From Fimbriosthenelais zetlandica (taxonomy: Eukaryota), in contig OZ365112.1 in assembly GCA_977030845.1 (NCBI GenBank), positions 8,990,001 to 9,054,000 of the forward strand: 64,000 nt of DNA, read 5' to 3'. The notes under the pieces are model-generated. The model worked only from the letters and a program-made list of their open reading frames with translations, was not told the origin of the DNA and did no database searches. A program made the position numbers and the translations under genes. Below, piece after piece: positions 60,963 to 64,000 of this stretch (position 1 is the first letter of the stretch; every line of letters begins with the position of its first letter).

Positions 60963-61237
60963 GGCACTCAGAACCAAAGTGGGTACCCATGCATAACTAT
61001 GTTTGCACTCAGAACCAAAGTGCGTACCTATGCATATTGGGGTGGGGCCACTCAGAACCAAAGTGCCTTCTATTCCCTTTTTTGAAAGAAATAGCGGTAC
61101 ATTATTGTGTCTATGCAAGGACAGCAAATTACCAGAAAAGGGCACTTGAAATGTATTCAGGACAGTTTCCCAAAATTAAAAAGTGTCCGTTTTGAGGAGT
61201 GAGAAGAAGCCTAAGTACCCACTTTGGTTCTGAGAGC
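60963..61237. mobile_element. Degenerate MITE-like element
   Basis: CACTCAGAACCAAAGTG occurs at 60965, 61006 and 61049. An inverted 20-bp copy GTACCCACTTTGGTTCTGAG is at 61215-61234. No clear TSD. Confidence 0.5.
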
Positions 61238-64000
61238 CTGCACTGCCTCTAAGGCCTTGGATTTTGGGAGGTGTTTGCTACAAGCCTGTGTTACTTGTAG
61301 ATGCCCTCTTCCATATTCGAAGCTATAAGAGACGCGAATATATTCATGTCAAAATCTTTGGAAAAGCCACTAACCTTGCTGCCTCAATTTAACAATGGGG
61401 AAAACTGTATTCATAGACCTGTCAATCCTACGTTTTTTAACACACGAGTGAGACTGTAGTAGTGAAAATACCACTATTTATAGTCGAATTCGAGTTTTTC
61501 TTATATTAGGTTTGGCAAATTGTGTCAAAGGGGCAGTGTGTTCTCTTTTATATATTCCGGCCATCTTCATCACCAGTTCACCAGTATAAAATAGACATCC
61601 CCAGGTCAAAGTTTGACCAGAGCGGTCAAACTGTGGGTCAGAAATAGGCCAGGAATGTCCCTTAATGTCCACAATATTAACTAACGTGTGGCTAAGGGCT
61701 ATTATGTGTCACCTCACGCCCCCTATTACCTCGGCCACTTGCCTTTCCAATAGTCACTCACCTCTAAAGATGGCCGTCCCCGACACCCTACCTGCCCTGG
61801 CATTCTCGCGGTGCGCTTGATGTTGCCCCTTGCCACCAGGTAGCGTGGGGACGTCGTGTTGACGTCAGTGGACGTCGTGAGACGCCCACAAAGCAGACGT
61901 CAGGTCGTCTTTCACGGGGCACCGGGCGTCAAGGGTGGCGACCGGTGCCGCATTGTCCCCTGTCGTCCGCCACTCACACACCCAAAGAAAGAGAACAAAA
62001 CGAAAGAGAAAACCAAGGCGGGGGGAGAATAGTGAGGGGGAGATCTGAGGGTCTCCCCCGGGCACCGATATAAGTCCAGGCATGGATTAACGTTGGTCAC
62101 TTCAGTGGAAAGATTAGAGTGTCACTTCAAGAGTATCAGACGTCCACACCGACTTATATTTACCTGTAGGGATCGTCTCCTAGGCCCACCTCAGGCTTCA
62201 TTTAGGCCTCAGCTGGCCTGGGGCGATACCTGAGGTTTCAAGTAAATCTCAGGTGTAACTCTATATGATAAATATACCCGTCACCAGGCTTAGATTTACC
62301 TTCAAATTGAGATTAATCCACCGCTCAACTGAACACCTTTATTCTCCTTCTACCACAGACCGCATCGGGATTTAAAATCCAACTTTAAACGGTTGAATCA
62401 ATGGATATTTTCAAATATTCACAACTGAGCTGTATTCAGTTCAGCTATATCCCTTTCAGCCTTGCCAACATTTCAATTTCGATCCTGTTTTCGCCGCTAT
62501 TCGCCTTGTAAAATTCAAGTTTCATACTTTAATATGTTCAAATATACTTTCAAGAGGTGGTAGGTGTACATTTTGAAAGTTGGGGATAAAAATGTTGATA
62601 GGATTTATAGAGGCCCTAGGGCCTTCATTTTAAAAATTACAGCGATCCACCCCAGGGATCCACCACCCCCCGTCAACCTCCCAGACCTGAATTTTATAAA
62701 TCAAAATCAATTGCTCTCAAGTATAGCCGACCTGTCACATCCAGAGACCTGATAGGGATGTGTGGATCAATCTGTGACAGTGTCAAATTACCTCCTTACC
62801 ATTACTCTACCATTACAAGTGACAGTCGATCTGACAGTGTACCTTAATCATTGACAGCTACCCCCTCTCCCACTCATCTGTCTTCTCCTATGTCTTGTAT
62901 ATAGAAGGGATGGGTGGGGAAGATGCCCATACATCAGCCACATGTCACTCTATCTGTGTGGTGTTCTATAAACCATCAGAATCACCAATTTAAGACGAAG
63001 ATAGCAATTTGAGATAGCCCTACATCGACTTGACAGATCATGGGGACATTTTGCGTTAATGGTTGCCATCTTTGAGGCGCCTTTCATGTACTTTTATGTA
63101 CTTTTCTCTCTTGATAGTTGTAATTTATCATTGTAGAGATGTTGTTGATGTGATTCTATTTGCTGTACTTTCATGTCGGAGCTATCTCATTTATTGTGAT
63201 TGCAAAGCCTTAACACTTGTTTGTGCATGCTTAAATAGAGACTCCCAGATGTTTACAAACATAGATGCGGTCATGCCCTAAGTTTTACCTTTTCCTTCTG
63301 TGAAAAATGCATTTTAGGACTAATTTCTCAACATATTCCGAGCTATGTTATGCTGTATAATTGTAACCTTCTCTTTGGTCATAACAAACAGCATGCAGAA
63401 AAGCTATGTTTAGTCATGCATTTCAGGCCTCATTGGATCTCCTTTTAGACGTCAGTACAAAGATCCTTGGTTTAATTTAGATCTTTCTTATCTTTGGTTT
63501 ACAATAGGCCTTTAGAACGTAGTGGAACTTTTGATAACACGTTACCCTTTGATATCGCAGTGGATCTTTGGGCTAACTTCGGCATTTCAGACCACAGTGG
63601 ATCGTCGGTGTGAATTGCCTGGTAGTTGAAATCTAAGACGACTTGGCAGTAGAAGGGCATTACTGTCAGGACGTCGTGACGTCCTGACGTCCAGACGTCA
63701 TGGTCTAAGAGGTGGGGATGAATGTTTAATGACCAGTCGATGGCTTTAGAACCAGGACTGGTCAAGCTGAACTGACCGCCCTGTCTGTCCAGTCAGGTCC
63801 TCCAGACAAAACCACTTAGCTTGATTTGCAGGGCAGGAAGGGGGACTCTGCTCTGGTCATTTAGGTGCCAAAATCCAGTAAAGCTTCAGGCAATATAGAG
63901 ACCTGTCTGGCATCATTGCTTGAATTGAACTTGTCTGTAACTACAGGTCTGATTTTCCTATGGTTTGATACTTTCTCTTCAGTTCATTGTTGGTCCCAGA

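Noticed and set aside
60965-61065. CRISPR-like repeat-spacer pattern (also considered 47239-47456, 48868-49035 and 59789-59950)
   Set aside because: The context is eukaryotic, the spacers are related to each other or too few, and there are no cas genes. These are minisatellites or MITE subterminal repeats.
1-64000. Homeobox/Hox exons and conserved miRNAs (miR-10, let-7, miR-9, miR-124 and others)
   Set aside because: Despite Hox/TALE-type motifs, I found no WFQNRR-type coding segment and no full mature-miRNA match by eye. A BLASTx/Rfam search is needed to exclude divergent ones.

Overview
This is animal genomic DNA. It is probably from a bilaterian invertebrate, inferred from CTCF-like motifs and a tRNA-head SINE family. 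I can support no protein-coding gene, tRNA, rRNA or CRISPR array; the long ORFs in the track are artefacts of purine/pyrimidine low-complexity tracts or repeats. The window reads as a gene desert or very large intron, with CpG-rich, motif-dense islets separated by GA-, CT- or G-rich tracts and AT-rich repeat debris. The best-supported structures are: (1) two near-identical ~2.15 kb non-autonomous CACTG-terminated DNA transposons with 2-bp target-site duplications, in inverted orientation (21776-23934 and 49036-51176, the second inserted into a minisatellite); (2) a recent 886-bp tandem duplication (16069-16954 / 17312-18197) whose junction holds an exact 349-bp copy of 11080-11428 that includes an exon-like module; (3) about ten copies or fragments of one SINE family; (4) a Tc1-like MITE; (5) a 32-bp perfect palindrome flanked by a direct repeat; (6) many minisatellites, several of which multimerise transcription-factor-like motifs; and (7) a strong excess of the octamer TAGGCCTA. 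Counts and coordinates were read by eye and should be confirmed computationally.
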